Origin: Candidatus Hermodarchaeota archaeon
GTDB lineage: Archaea > Asgardarchaeota > Lokiarchaeia > Sigyniarchaeales > SOKP01
Direction: 5' to 3'
NCBI GenBank assembly: GCA_048885925.1
Contig: JBHLLG010000001.1
Location: 163,105-227,104, forward strand
Length of the DNA: 64,000 bases
Below the pieces are notes generated by a model. That model worked only from the letters and a program-made list of their open reading frames with translations, did no database searches and was not told the origin of the DNA. Below are positions 10,501-18,285 of this stretch, in pieces (the first letter of the stretch is position 1; each line of letters opens with the position of its first letter). Made by a program: the position numbers and the translations under genes.

Positions 10501-10812
10501 CGTGAATTGTCTGATGCCAATCTAGATGAAGATGATCTTGGAAAAAAGCCCTCATCTCATGTTAAGTTGAAGATAAAGGAAAGTGGTATAAAAACTGGTT
10601 TATCGGTTGAAGAACAAAGAGAACTAGAGAAATTGGAATATGAACTTAAAATAGAAGAACAAAAATTTATCTGTGTTGTCCATAAAGGACAAATTGTAGG
10701 GACCGTATATATTTGCCCAAATTGTAGAACTTGTTATTGTTTAACGTGCGCTTACTCTTTAAAAGCAAATGGAGAAAAATGCTGGACATGTAATAATGAA
10801 ATAAAACCATAA
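7600..10812 (+). CDS. Giant TPR/helical-repeat protein with C-terminal Cys-rich RING-like zinc finger (paralogue 3)
   Basis: 1070 aa with the same helical core and PACPLETS linker. Ends in CVVH-x10-CPNC-x4-CLTC-x10-CWTC instead of a nitrilase domain. Confidence 0.8.
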   Translation: MKGEREETLLEIARNEEKNYNLEKAAKLYEEAAESFLNRNLMEKAAKAFSQLGGVYSKALETAISSETFFSTCKNGIKAFEMAKKLYKRIESKPNILECEANTFYINGLISGSIAEVKENFNKSYEIFLESSKFFEEEGNKEATARTLSNVLEILLFNVFNCEHSLEGKEILEKSSKLEEKSWNFSKEIKAIEYLGLGFHLGTTTNLWRILSTNFQRDDRLYKYIKNIFLKFEELSELARNWDDPRVLGMVYYAGGNAYCAYATHYAKDEKEQGVYIDKGIDLLEQSLIFNDRAKNSLMKIVTIFFINWWAYFNRRLKYVQKRIFKDVNEILKLGKAYEDSPTFIYFLANLLPAFYYANISQMTMFTTRQRISYAKKGVEYAKKALKFFEVLPISIWSLLMLIYSYSQLIVLTSSREEQEEYSKEILNCAKKAKIIGEKFEGGLARGFSYNSLYRAYKTLADVTDDKESKLKMLLTAAKASKDYMMHTWESTTGNLTMQLRLGLLYEEISIIANNSEYLEQSKELFIQVVEESIKQGYFYYAAAANEYIARIEDRLGNHSASADYYEKTFETHKDSLKYVMYKPLILRINEKINYAYAWSLIERSKTFHKRENHLQAKKFYEKAYDILNNLSRYKYEADYYSAWILLEEAEHFSKQEMHEIATEKYELTIKAFENATESLNKALKESKNKRKNERIGKLIKLAEVRIKHCLARINVEKARILSKQGEYNAAAEHFALAAAEFREVCNSFTVEKEREELEAGYYLCRAWESMEFAEYYKDSNRFAEASALFIKAKNLFSSNIMKSLASGNSAFCQALEIGCKFDELTAAKNKAELYPKIKVMLRNAASSYRKGGFENGADWALATSSYFDAAWYLIRADEELRLEEKKKLLDIGSEFLSSASNLFGKAGYKEKEQEVFKQLEMVKKEESIIISALNAIKKPSVSGSTIGITAPACPLETSLSTNLSEIRELSDANLDEDDLGKKPSSHVKLKIKESGIKTGLSVEEQRELEKLEYELKIEEQKFICVVHKGQIVGTVYICPNCRTCYCLTCAYSLKANGEKCWTCNNEIKP

Positions 10813-10845
10813 ATTTGTGATTATATAATTTAACTATTTTATTTG

Positions 10846-11736
10846 TTAAATAAAAGCAGCCATATCTTTGCATTTCTCAGCGATTCTTATCATATTCTTT
10901 ATCTTATCTTTATCTTCATAATCTAACTTAATCAATAAAGAATTTGCTTCTTCTACTAATTTATCTTTTCTTAACCAAGCTTTGTGTGCTAGGACAAGAT
11001 CTTTTTTTAAGTAAGCATTCATAATATTATTGAAATATTGATTGATCTCTAAGAAGAATTCTTTAACATTCTCATTAACTTGTAAATCTCTTAAAATTTT
11101 ACCAATCTCCTCTATTTTTTCACAAAACATTCTATAGTCCATAGCTTCAAGTGGCGTAAAATCTGTATCTTCTGAAACATACATCCCAGTTCTCAGATAT
11201 GTTCTGATATGTGTTACCAATATAAAGTAAAATTTTCTTAACTGATCAAAATTATATTTCAAATCATCAACTCGGTCTGCTATTACATTTTCCAACATAT
11301 CAGCAACTAAATATAATAGGCGTTGAATAAGTTTCTTTGTAGGGATATTTTTATAACCAAAATTTTGTATTACTAGTCTTTGTCGTTGATCTTCAATTAT
11401 TTCTGTATTCGGAAGTCCATTCACTAACCATCTTATTTCACCTCTCAGATCGTTATCAATCTCTTTATCTGAGATTACAACTATATTGGTTTGACCTGAC
11501 AGACAGTTTTTTACAATTTCTCTTGCAATAAATGGACTTGAATGAAGTATTAGTTCTTCACTCGGATTTATATCCTCTTGCTCATGTTTCGGTGAGATAT
11601 TTAATGAACCATCATGACGAATGGTTATTGCTACGGGTGATTTGGGACTTAATTTAAAATTTTCAATCCACTTTTTAGGTAAACTCACAAAGAACGAGCC
11701 ACTTATTTTTTGTAATTTTCTAAAAATTGTATCCAT
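10846..11736 (-). CDS. AbrB/MazE-type DNA-binding domain fused to PhoU-like helical domain (archaeal phosphate uptake regulator family)
   Basis: N-terminal RKLQKISGSFFVSLPKKW AbrB motif. PhoU-like C-terminus (FCEKIEEIG, IRIAEKCKDMA). Confidence 0.8.
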   Translation of the reverse strand: MDTIFRKLQKISGSFFVSLPKKWIENFKLSPKSPVAITIRHDGSLNISPKHEQEDINPSEELILHSSPFIAREIVKNCLSGQTNIVVISDKEIDNDLRGEIRWLVNGLPNTEIIEDQRQRLVIQNFGYKNIPTKKLIQRLLYLVADMLENVIADRVDDLKYNFDQLRKFYFILVTHIRTYLRTGMYVSEDTDFTPLEAMDYRMFCEKIEEIGKILRDLQVNENVKEFFLEINQYFNNIMNAYLKKDLVLAHKAWLRKDKLVEEANSLLIKLDYEDKDKIKNMIRIAEKCKDMAAFI

Positions 11737-11871
11737 AAGTTATTATTGGACGAATTTTTATTTAAATTTGTTTAAACTTTTTTTTCTTCCTTTAATTTTT
11801 TATACACAACATTAATTAATTGTTTAAATAATTTATTATTTAAAAAATATAAAATGATGGAGGAAAGAAAT

Positions 11872-12027
11872 ATGAAAACAAGTAGAAAAGAAATGGAAGT
11901 AATATTGAAAGAGATTTTTGACGAAACAAAGCATTCTGAATCTAAATTTTCGATTTCCCCATTCGGAAGTCGAGGAAAAAAATATTTATATTTATATAAG
12001 ATACAAAAAAATAATGGAGGTATATAA
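11872..12027 (+). CDS. Small unannotated ORF, 51 aa (MKTSRKEMEVILKEIFDETKHSESKFSISPFGSRGKKYLYLYKIQKNNGGI)
   Basis: Translated by hand; not in the ORF track. GGAGG SD at 11859-11863. The stop is 2 nt before the next ORF. An alternative in-frame ATG lies at 11854. Confidence 0.45.
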   Translation: MKTSRKEMEVILKEIFDETKHSESKFSISPFGSRGKKYLYLYKIQKNNGGI

Positions 12028-12029
12028 AA

Positions 12030-12293
12030 ATGGCAACAGTAGAAGAAAATATAGTTTTAACTTTAAAAGAATTTGTTAAGTTTAGACTAATAGAAGAAGT
12101 TAAAGAAAAATTAGATAAAATTGTAGAGGAAGTTAAAGAAAATTTAGAAAAAGAAATTGAGACAATTGTTATAAAAAAAGAATCTCTTGATCCAATAGAT
12201 AAAGAGCGAGAAGAAAGAAGATGGAAGAAATCAATGAACTATTATCAATTAAATCCACGAAAATTCACTTTTGGATTAAAAGATTTAAATTAG
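12030..12293 (+). CDS. Small hypothetical coiled-coil protein, 87 aa
   Basis: Strong GGAGGT SD at 12016-12021, Glu/Lys-rich heptad pattern, followed by T-tracts. Confidence 0.65.
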   Translation: MATVEENIVLTLKEFVKFRLIEEVKEKLDKIVEEVKENLEKEIETIVIKKESLDPIDKEREERRWKKSMNYYQLNPRKFTFGLKDLN

Positions 12294-12296
12294 AAT

Positions 12297-12350
12297 TAGC
12301 TCAAAGGATTTTTTTGCTCATTTTTTAAATTTTATTTATTATTTTTATTG
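12297..12350 (+). terminator. Probable oligo-T archaeal terminator
   Basis: Successive T-runs directly after the 12293 stop. Confidence 0.35.
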
Positions 12351-12464
12351 ATTATTATATTTATTCCAGTGATATTCAAGAATAATCTTCTGAAAAATCT
12401 TAAATTTATTAGATAATATAAGAATTTAACTAATAAAATCGAATTTTCCTCGAGTTGAGTTGAA

Positions 12465-13280
12465 ATTTCAAAAGGCTTTAAGCTTCTTCGTCTAGAATAT
12501 ATTTTTTCTGTATTAATTCCTTGCTTATTATGTATATATTTGAATGGGTATGACATAGTTTCCCAAATTTGGATATTATCCGGTTTTGTTTTTTATGCAA
12601 TAACGGGAAACACACTAAATGATGTAATTGATATGACAGATCCAAATGAGAAAGAAACTTTAGAAAGAGTAAAAGGTTACAGTAGAAAAGAAATAGCAGT
12701 TCTTGCAATTGCAAGCTTTTTGCTAGGAACCATGTGCTTCATAAATGACATTTTAGTGAGACCCATTTTAGGTGTGTATTTGATAATTATAGTAATTATG
12801 GTGATTTTCTATTGCCTTTTCAAAAAGCTGGTTATTATCAATCATATAATTTTGGGAGTCTCTCATATAATTATGCCATATTTTATGATAAAAATTAATG
12901 CTGAAGATGTTTATATGAAAATTTTGCCTAACATTGAATTAAACGAATCTCTGATTCTAGCAGCTATAACTGCTGTGGCATTTACGGGTCAGATGGTTCA
13001 TGAAATGATTGATGGAGATTCTTTGGCTAAATTAGAACCAAGAAAATCTCAATTAGTAATTTGGATTGCTTGTATAATTTCATTGCTTATTGCTATAATT
13101 TCATTTATTATTACGAGATATTGGGTGTTTATACCGATTGTATTTTTCCCTATTGGAATTATGTATATTTATAGAAAACCAAAAACTAATTTATTAGGAA
13201 GGAGATCACTCAAAGATACTGGAATTTTGCTAGGAAACCTTATGTTAGCTTATTTGTTAATATTAATTATTGCTCCATAA
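12465..13280 (+). CDS. UbiA-family prenyltransferase
   Basis: Asp-rich NTLNDVIDMTD and HEMIDGD motifs and many TM helices. The frame extends 5' of the track start (12540) through a typical UbiA N-terminus (KGFKLLRLEYIF) to ATT 12465; TGA at 12456. Confidence 0.75.
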   Translation: MSKGFKLLRLEYIFSVLIPCLLCIYLNGYDIVSQIWILSGFVFYAITGNTLNDVIDMTDPNEKETLERVKGYSRKEIAVLAIASFLLGTMCFINDILVRPILGVYLIIIVIMVIFYCLFKKLVIINHIILGVSHIIMPYFMIKINAEDVYMKILPNIELNESLILAAITAVAFTGQMVHEMIDGDSLAKLEPRKSQLVIWIACIISLLIAIISFIITRYWVFIPIVFFPIGIMYIYRKPKTNLLGRRSLKDTGILLGNLMLAYLLILIIAP

Positions 13281-13340
13281 AAATAAATTGAAGATTTTTT
13301 GTAAATAAAAGATATTAAAAAAATTTAACCTTGATATTAG

Positions 13341-14384
13341 ATGAATTCAAATTTCATAAAGAAAGCTAAGTACCAGATAAAAATTGATGATAATTCCTCT
13401 CAATGTTTAACTTGTGAGAGAAAATGTAAAATTTTAAAAGGAAAATCAGGATTTTGTAAAACTCGGATAAATAAAGATGGTAAAATTTATTCAATTGTTT
13501 ATGGATTGATTCCTGCGTTATCTTTTAATCCGATAGAAAAAAAACCTTTGTACCACTTTTATCCTGGTAGTATAGCAATAACTATAGGAACTTATGGCTG
13601 TAATTTTTCTTGCTTTTGGTGTCAAAATTATCACTTATCAAAAACAGATCCTTCAAATGCATATCAATTTGCGACCTCTGATGAATATATCTCTCCTGAA
13701 AAGCTTATTGAAATTGCCATAAAGAGAAAATGTAAGGGAACTTCAATATCGTTTAATGAGCCTACCTTGTTGTATGAGTATTCATTAGAAGTTTTTAAGT
13801 TAGCTAAAAAAAATGGTTTATACAACACATATGTTACCAATGGATATATGACAGAGGATGTTTTAAGAGACTTAGTAGAAGCAGGTCTTGATGCTATGAA
13901 CATAGATATAAAAGGCGATTCTAATATGGTTCAAAAATATTGCGGGACAGATGTAGAATTTGTTTGGAGGAATGCAAAGTTAGCTAAGGATTTAGGTGTT
14001 CATATTGAAATTACAACCTTATTAATACAAGGATTAAATTCCACTGATAATATTGTTAGGAAACTTACTGAAAGAATAGTCAATGAACTAGGCATTTTTA
14101 CTCCATATCATATAAGTCGTTTCTTTCCTCATTATAAATCAAAGAATTATGGATTATTAGAACCAACCCCTTTAGATCTTTTATATAATGCTTATAATAT
14201 TGCAAAGGATGTTGGTTTGAAATATGTGTATCTTGGAAATATACACAATACTGATTATGATAATACTTATTGTCCAAATTGTTCTAATTTAGTCATAAAA
14301 AGAAAAATTTTAGGAATTGAAGATTTATATTTGGACTCTGAAGGAAAATGTAATTATTGTGGATTTCCAATCTCCATAATTTAA
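13341..14384 (+). CDS. amrS: AmmeMemoRadiSam system radical SAM enzyme (PflA-like)
   Basis: QCLTCERKC...GFCKTR, PIEKKPLYHFYPG, GCNFSCFWCQN, ISRFFPHY, YVYLGN, TYCPNC. Confidence 0.85.
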   Translation: MNSNFIKKAKYQIKIDDNSSQCLTCERKCKILKGKSGFCKTRINKDGKIYSIVYGLIPALSFNPIEKKPLYHFYPGSIAITIGTYGCNFSCFWCQNYHLSKTDPSNAYQFATSDEYISPEKLIEIAIKRKCKGTSISFNEPTLLYEYSLEVFKLAKKNGLYNTYVTNGYMTEDVLRDLVEAGLDAMNIDIKGDSNMVQKYCGTDVEFVWRNAKLAKDLGVHIEITTLLIQGLNSTDNIVRKLTERIVNELGIFTPYHISRFFPHYKSKNYGLLEPTPLDLLYNAYNIAKDVGLKYVYLGNIHNTDYDNTYCPNCSNLVIKRKILGIEDLYLDSEGKCNYCGFPISII

Positions 14385-14498
14385 TGTTTTTCTAGACTTT
14401 TCTTTCACTAATCTAATTATGAGGTACTTTATAAATAGCAATTTGAAATTATTTTTAGAAAAGCAAAAATTCAAAATTCATTTTTTACGGTTTAAAAA

Positions 14499-15602
14499 AT
14501 GGCGAAAAAAAATTTATCCAATAAATCATCAACTTCAAAATCGCCTTTAAAAGAGTCTACCCCGAAGAATACAACAACAAATAAACCCGTATCTAAGAAG
14601 ACAGTTCAAAAAACAAAAAAGCCTATGGATAACCTGGCAATATTGCAGAATTCACCTTATTTAAAACAACCTGAACAGACTCAAGCAATTAAAAAAAAAA
14701 GTACATTAAAGGAACTTTTTGAGAGGAGATTACTATCTCAAAAAGAAGAAAAGATGGAAATTGTATTATCTGGTCAATACCAAGAGGCCCTCGATTTAAT
14801 TTATGAAGCAGATGCCTCAAATTTGTATCCCATTTTAGTAGGACCTCCAGGAATTGGTAAAACAACTTTATGTAGGTATTATGCGCAATCAAGAGCTGAA
14901 ATTACTGGAAATGACTCATTCGAGTGGATTACTTTTGATGAATCAACTAAACCAGCTCACTTAGTTGGGTCTTTTGACCCTGCAACTACGATACAGAAAG
15001 GCTTTTCTTTCGAAGCTTTTAATCCTGGTCCTTTAATAAAAGCAATGTTAAATGGTGGATTATTTCTTGCGAATGAGGTGAATCGTGCTACTGAATATAC
15101 CCAAAATTCTCTTCTAGAACCACTAGAAGAGAGAACTCTTTCAATTCCTCATATAGGAAGAATAAAGGCATCACATGGATTTTTTTTTATAGGAGCAATG
15201 AATCCTTCAGAATTAGTAGGAACACATAGATTAGGGGAAGCATTAAAGGATCGATTTAATGTTTGGATTGAACTAGATTATCCAGATAAGAAGACAGAGA
15301 TGAAAATAATTGAACATAACAATCCATATTACAAAGTTGATGAGAGTACACTTGAAAAGATCTATCTTATAATAAATCGAACTCGAACTCACCATCAAAT
15401 TCAAACACCAGCAAGTTTGAGAAGTGGAATTGCCTTAGCACGTCTTACAGGTATAGAACAAAAAAAAACAAAAAATGAACCGAATAAAATTCTACGAGAT
15501 ATAGCAGGTAAAGTATTATTTGGAGCAATACAAACAAAACCGGGAGTTAAAGTAAATGATGTAGTTAACAATATAATCTCTCAAGTAGTTGGCTCTACAT
15601 GA
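14499..15602 (+). CDS. MoxR-family AAA+ ATPase
   Basis: Walker A GPPGIGKT, variant Walker B LFLANEVNR, QNSLLEPLEER, IGAMNP, EALKDRF. Confidence 0.88.
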   Translation: MAKKNLSNKSSTSKSPLKESTPKNTTTNKPVSKKTVQKTKKPMDNLAILQNSPYLKQPEQTQAIKKKSTLKELFERRLLSQKEEKMEIVLSGQYQEALDLIYEADASNLYPILVGPPGIGKTTLCRYYAQSRAEITGNDSFEWITFDESTKPAHLVGSFDPATTIQKGFSFEAFNPGPLIKAMLNGGLFLANEVNRATEYTQNSLLEPLEERTLSIPHIGRIKASHGFFFIGAMNPSELVGTHRLGEALKDRFNVWIELDYPDKKTEMKIIEHNNPYYKVDESTLEKIYLIINRTRTHHQIQTPASLRSGIALARLTGIEQKKTKNEPNKILRDIAGKVLFGAIQTKPGVKVNDVVNNIISQVVGST

Positions 15603-15638
15603 AATAGAATAAAAATTGAAATATTTAAGGTAAATAAA

Positions 15639-18260
15639 TTGATTTTTCCCGAGGACCCAATTTGGTTTTCTCTTAAACTCATAACTGCATTAAGAAAGCA
15701 TGAAAAATGTGTTTATAAACCCTCAATTAGGCAAGCAATTGCTATCTGCAAATTGATATTAGCTCGATTTTTAAATAGAGGTATGTGTGAAGCTGAAGAC
15801 TTTATAGAAATTGCTGTAGTTTCAAGTCCTTTAGAAAATCAAGATTTAGCACGAAAAATTGCCAAAGAATTATTAACATATTCAGAATCTTCTGAACTAA
15901 AAACATCAAGAGATTTAAATGAATCTGATATCCTAAGTTCAATGAAAGCAAAAGACATGGTTGACGAGTTAGGAATTGATTTAGATGAATTAGATGAGAT
16001 TTATGATGATTTAGAATTCCTAAGGAATAATTTTAATGAAATAGAGAATCTAGATTTGGATTCGTTGATCGAATCTACATTTGATAACTTTTTTGATAAA
16101 TTTAGAAATGAACTTCAAGAAGATCCGTACAAAACTGCGTTAGATGTAATTGAGAGGAATGCAATTGCAAATTATGATAAATTTAAAGATTTGGAATCGT
16201 TTTTAGATTACGCGAAAGATCTTTTAAGGAAAAAGTTTGACCATTTAGAACCGGAAGATATTCCTTTCGCTGAAAAATTAGGAATATTAGAAGATATCAT
16301 TAAAAATTCTAATTTAGCTAGAGAAAGAATTCTTTCTCAACTTATAAAGGAACAAACTGCGGGAAAAAACACTAATTCAAAACTAAAACACCAAAATAAA
16401 AATACAGGAAATTTAGACTTAGCTTTAGCCTTTAAAGATACTTTTCAAAATAATTTTTATGACGCACTAAATATGGCTGAATTTGCACTAAAGACAAAAG
16501 CTTTAAGTGTTAATAATCAAAATGCTCTAAAAAGTCTAATAAAACAAGGTTTATGTCAGTCAAATATCAATTTAGGTCATCTATTAAATTCAACTAAAAT
16601 AGTAGGCTCAAATTTAGGATTAGACAAACAAGAATTAAATAAAATCGTCAGTAATAGCTTAAATTTACCATTCAAAGATACATATCAATATGTTAAAGAA
16701 TATGACCAATATTTTGGGGGGAATTTATGTGAAGAATATTTAGGAAAGATTAATACTGATTTCGATAATATAACTAATCAATCTAATTTGGGAGATATAA
16801 GAAATCATTTAATTAGGAATCCTACGAAGACCCCTTCATGGCGAAAATTATTGTCCAATGTAATTGATAAAGAAATCCAATCAATTAAAAAGGATTTTAA
16901 TCAGAATGATGTACTAAATGCCCAAATGAAGAATCTTACAGATATATTGATCGCTCAGAAGGATAATTGTACAGATTTTGTATGTAGATCTCAATTTAAT
17001 AATAAAATTCAAGATATTGTAAATCAAACTACAGAATTAGCAGTAAGTAAAGAAAATTTGAGAAATTATGTAAAAAATTTTAACGAAATGGGCTTTTTGC
17101 CACATTTAGATTCAATAAAAAAAGCGGGAAAAAGATTAAATATGACTGAAGCGGAGATTCTTAGCTTAGTCGAAGCAGACTTCAAATATTTTAAACAAAT
17201 GGTTGAAGAAAGAAGTACCAATTATCAAGGTTATAGAGATTACCTAAAACAATTGAAGCTTTCTCCTCAACAAGTTGATCAAGTTGTAAGATCCGCTTTA
17301 GGAAATCTCCCTCCACAAACTACAAATTTAGAAGCATTAAGTGCGTTAAATGAAAGATTTATGTCCCAAGTTTTAAATACTGCTGAGCAAATGGGGGATC
17401 AAGCTCTTGATATGGCTTTTTCTTCTTTGGGAGCTGGAAGTGGATTAGATCTACTTGAACAATGGTTTTTTTCAAGACATAACATATCAGTGAAAGTTAA
17501 AAGAAAACTGAAAGAAATAATAAAACACATCATGATCGATTTAGGTATTAGATCTGCAAATTCACTTATTGGGTCAGCAAATTCGGGTCCGATTGTAGAA
17601 AATATTGTAATACCTTATACACCGGGTGATGATTTTGAGTTAATAGATTTAGAAGAGACAGTAAGTAACCTTTTAGAGGGAGGAAAAACTGTAGAAACGA
17701 TTACAAATGATGATTTTCTAGTCTCAAAAACAACACAAGGCCTTCGTTGTCTTGTAATGGAATTAGATATAAGTGGCAGTATGACAGGACATAAATTATC
17801 CCAAATGGCACTTTGTGCAACTATGCTTGTCTATGCTTTCAAACCAGAAGAATTATCTCTTACATTCTTCGAATCAAATACTCATAGAATTAAGGATTTG
17901 GATCAGGAAATTGAATTGGAGAAAGTTGTTGATGAGCTGCTAGATATTACTGCAAGAGGCGGAACTTGCATTAATTCTGCTCTTAAGTGGGCAAATCATC
18001 AATTTGAAAAAAAGGCAAGGTCAAAGCACAAGTTGAATATTCTTTTTACAGATGCAGATGTATTTGACTTTAAAAATAGTATGCTGGAACTAAAAAAAGT
18101 GAGTGAAAAAGATGTGAAATTTGTAATGGTTGTTCCGAAATTTGGATTTTCTCCTGTTATGGCAAAAAAAATGGTAGATGAAGCAAATGGAGTACTTTTA
18201 ACCTTAAATCAGTGGAGAGATTTTCCAAAATTGATCTCTGAAATTATTACTAACCAATAA
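15639..18260 (+). CDS. VWA-domain protein (MoxR partner, CoxE-like)
   Basis: MIDAS LDISGSM...RGGT...LFTD near the C-terminus, long helical N-terminal region, TTG start after AAGGT. Confidence 0.85.
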   Translation: MIFPEDPIWFSLKLITALRKHEKCVYKPSIRQAIAICKLILARFLNRGMCEAEDFIEIAVVSSPLENQDLARKIAKELLTYSESSELKTSRDLNESDILSSMKAKDMVDELGIDLDELDEIYDDLEFLRNNFNEIENLDLDSLIESTFDNFFDKFRNELQEDPYKTALDVIERNAIANYDKFKDLESFLDYAKDLLRKKFDHLEPEDIPFAEKLGILEDIIKNSNLARERILSQLIKEQTAGKNTNSKLKHQNKNTGNLDLALAFKDTFQNNFYDALNMAEFALKTKALSVNNQNALKSLIKQGLCQSNINLGHLLNSTKIVGSNLGLDKQELNKIVSNSLNLPFKDTYQYVKEYDQYFGGNLCEEYLGKINTDFDNITNQSNLGDIRNHLIRNPTKTPSWRKLLSNVIDKEIQSIKKDFNQNDVLNAQMKNLTDILIAQKDNCTDFVCRSQFNNKIQDIVNQTTELAVSKENLRNYVKNFNEMGFLPHLDSIKKAGKRLNMTEAEILSLVEADFKYFKQMVEERSTNYQGYRDYLKQLKLSPQQVDQVVRSALGNLPPQTTNLEALSALNERFMSQVLNTAEQMGDQALDMAFSSLGAGSGLDLLEQWFFSRHNISVKVKRKLKEIIKHIMIDLGIRSANSLIGSANSGPIVENIVIPYTPGDDFELIDLEETVSNLLEGGKTVETITNDDFLVSKTTQGLRCLVMELDISGSMTGHKLSQMALCATMLVYAFKPEELSLTFFESNTHRIKDLDQEIELEKVVDELLDITARGGTCINSALKWANHQFEKKARSKHKLNILFTDADVFDFKNSMLELKKVSEKDVKFVMVVPKFGFSPVMAKKMVDEANGVLLTLNQWRDFPKLISEIITNQ

Positions 18261-18285
18261 TATCTTCATTTTGTAAACTAAGCAG

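Noticed and set aside
12414-12465. In-frame TGA upstream of UbiA as possible selenocysteine
   Set aside because: No start codon between the upstream TAA (12414) and the TGA, the position is non-catalytic, and the TGA is explained as part of the SD-like motif.
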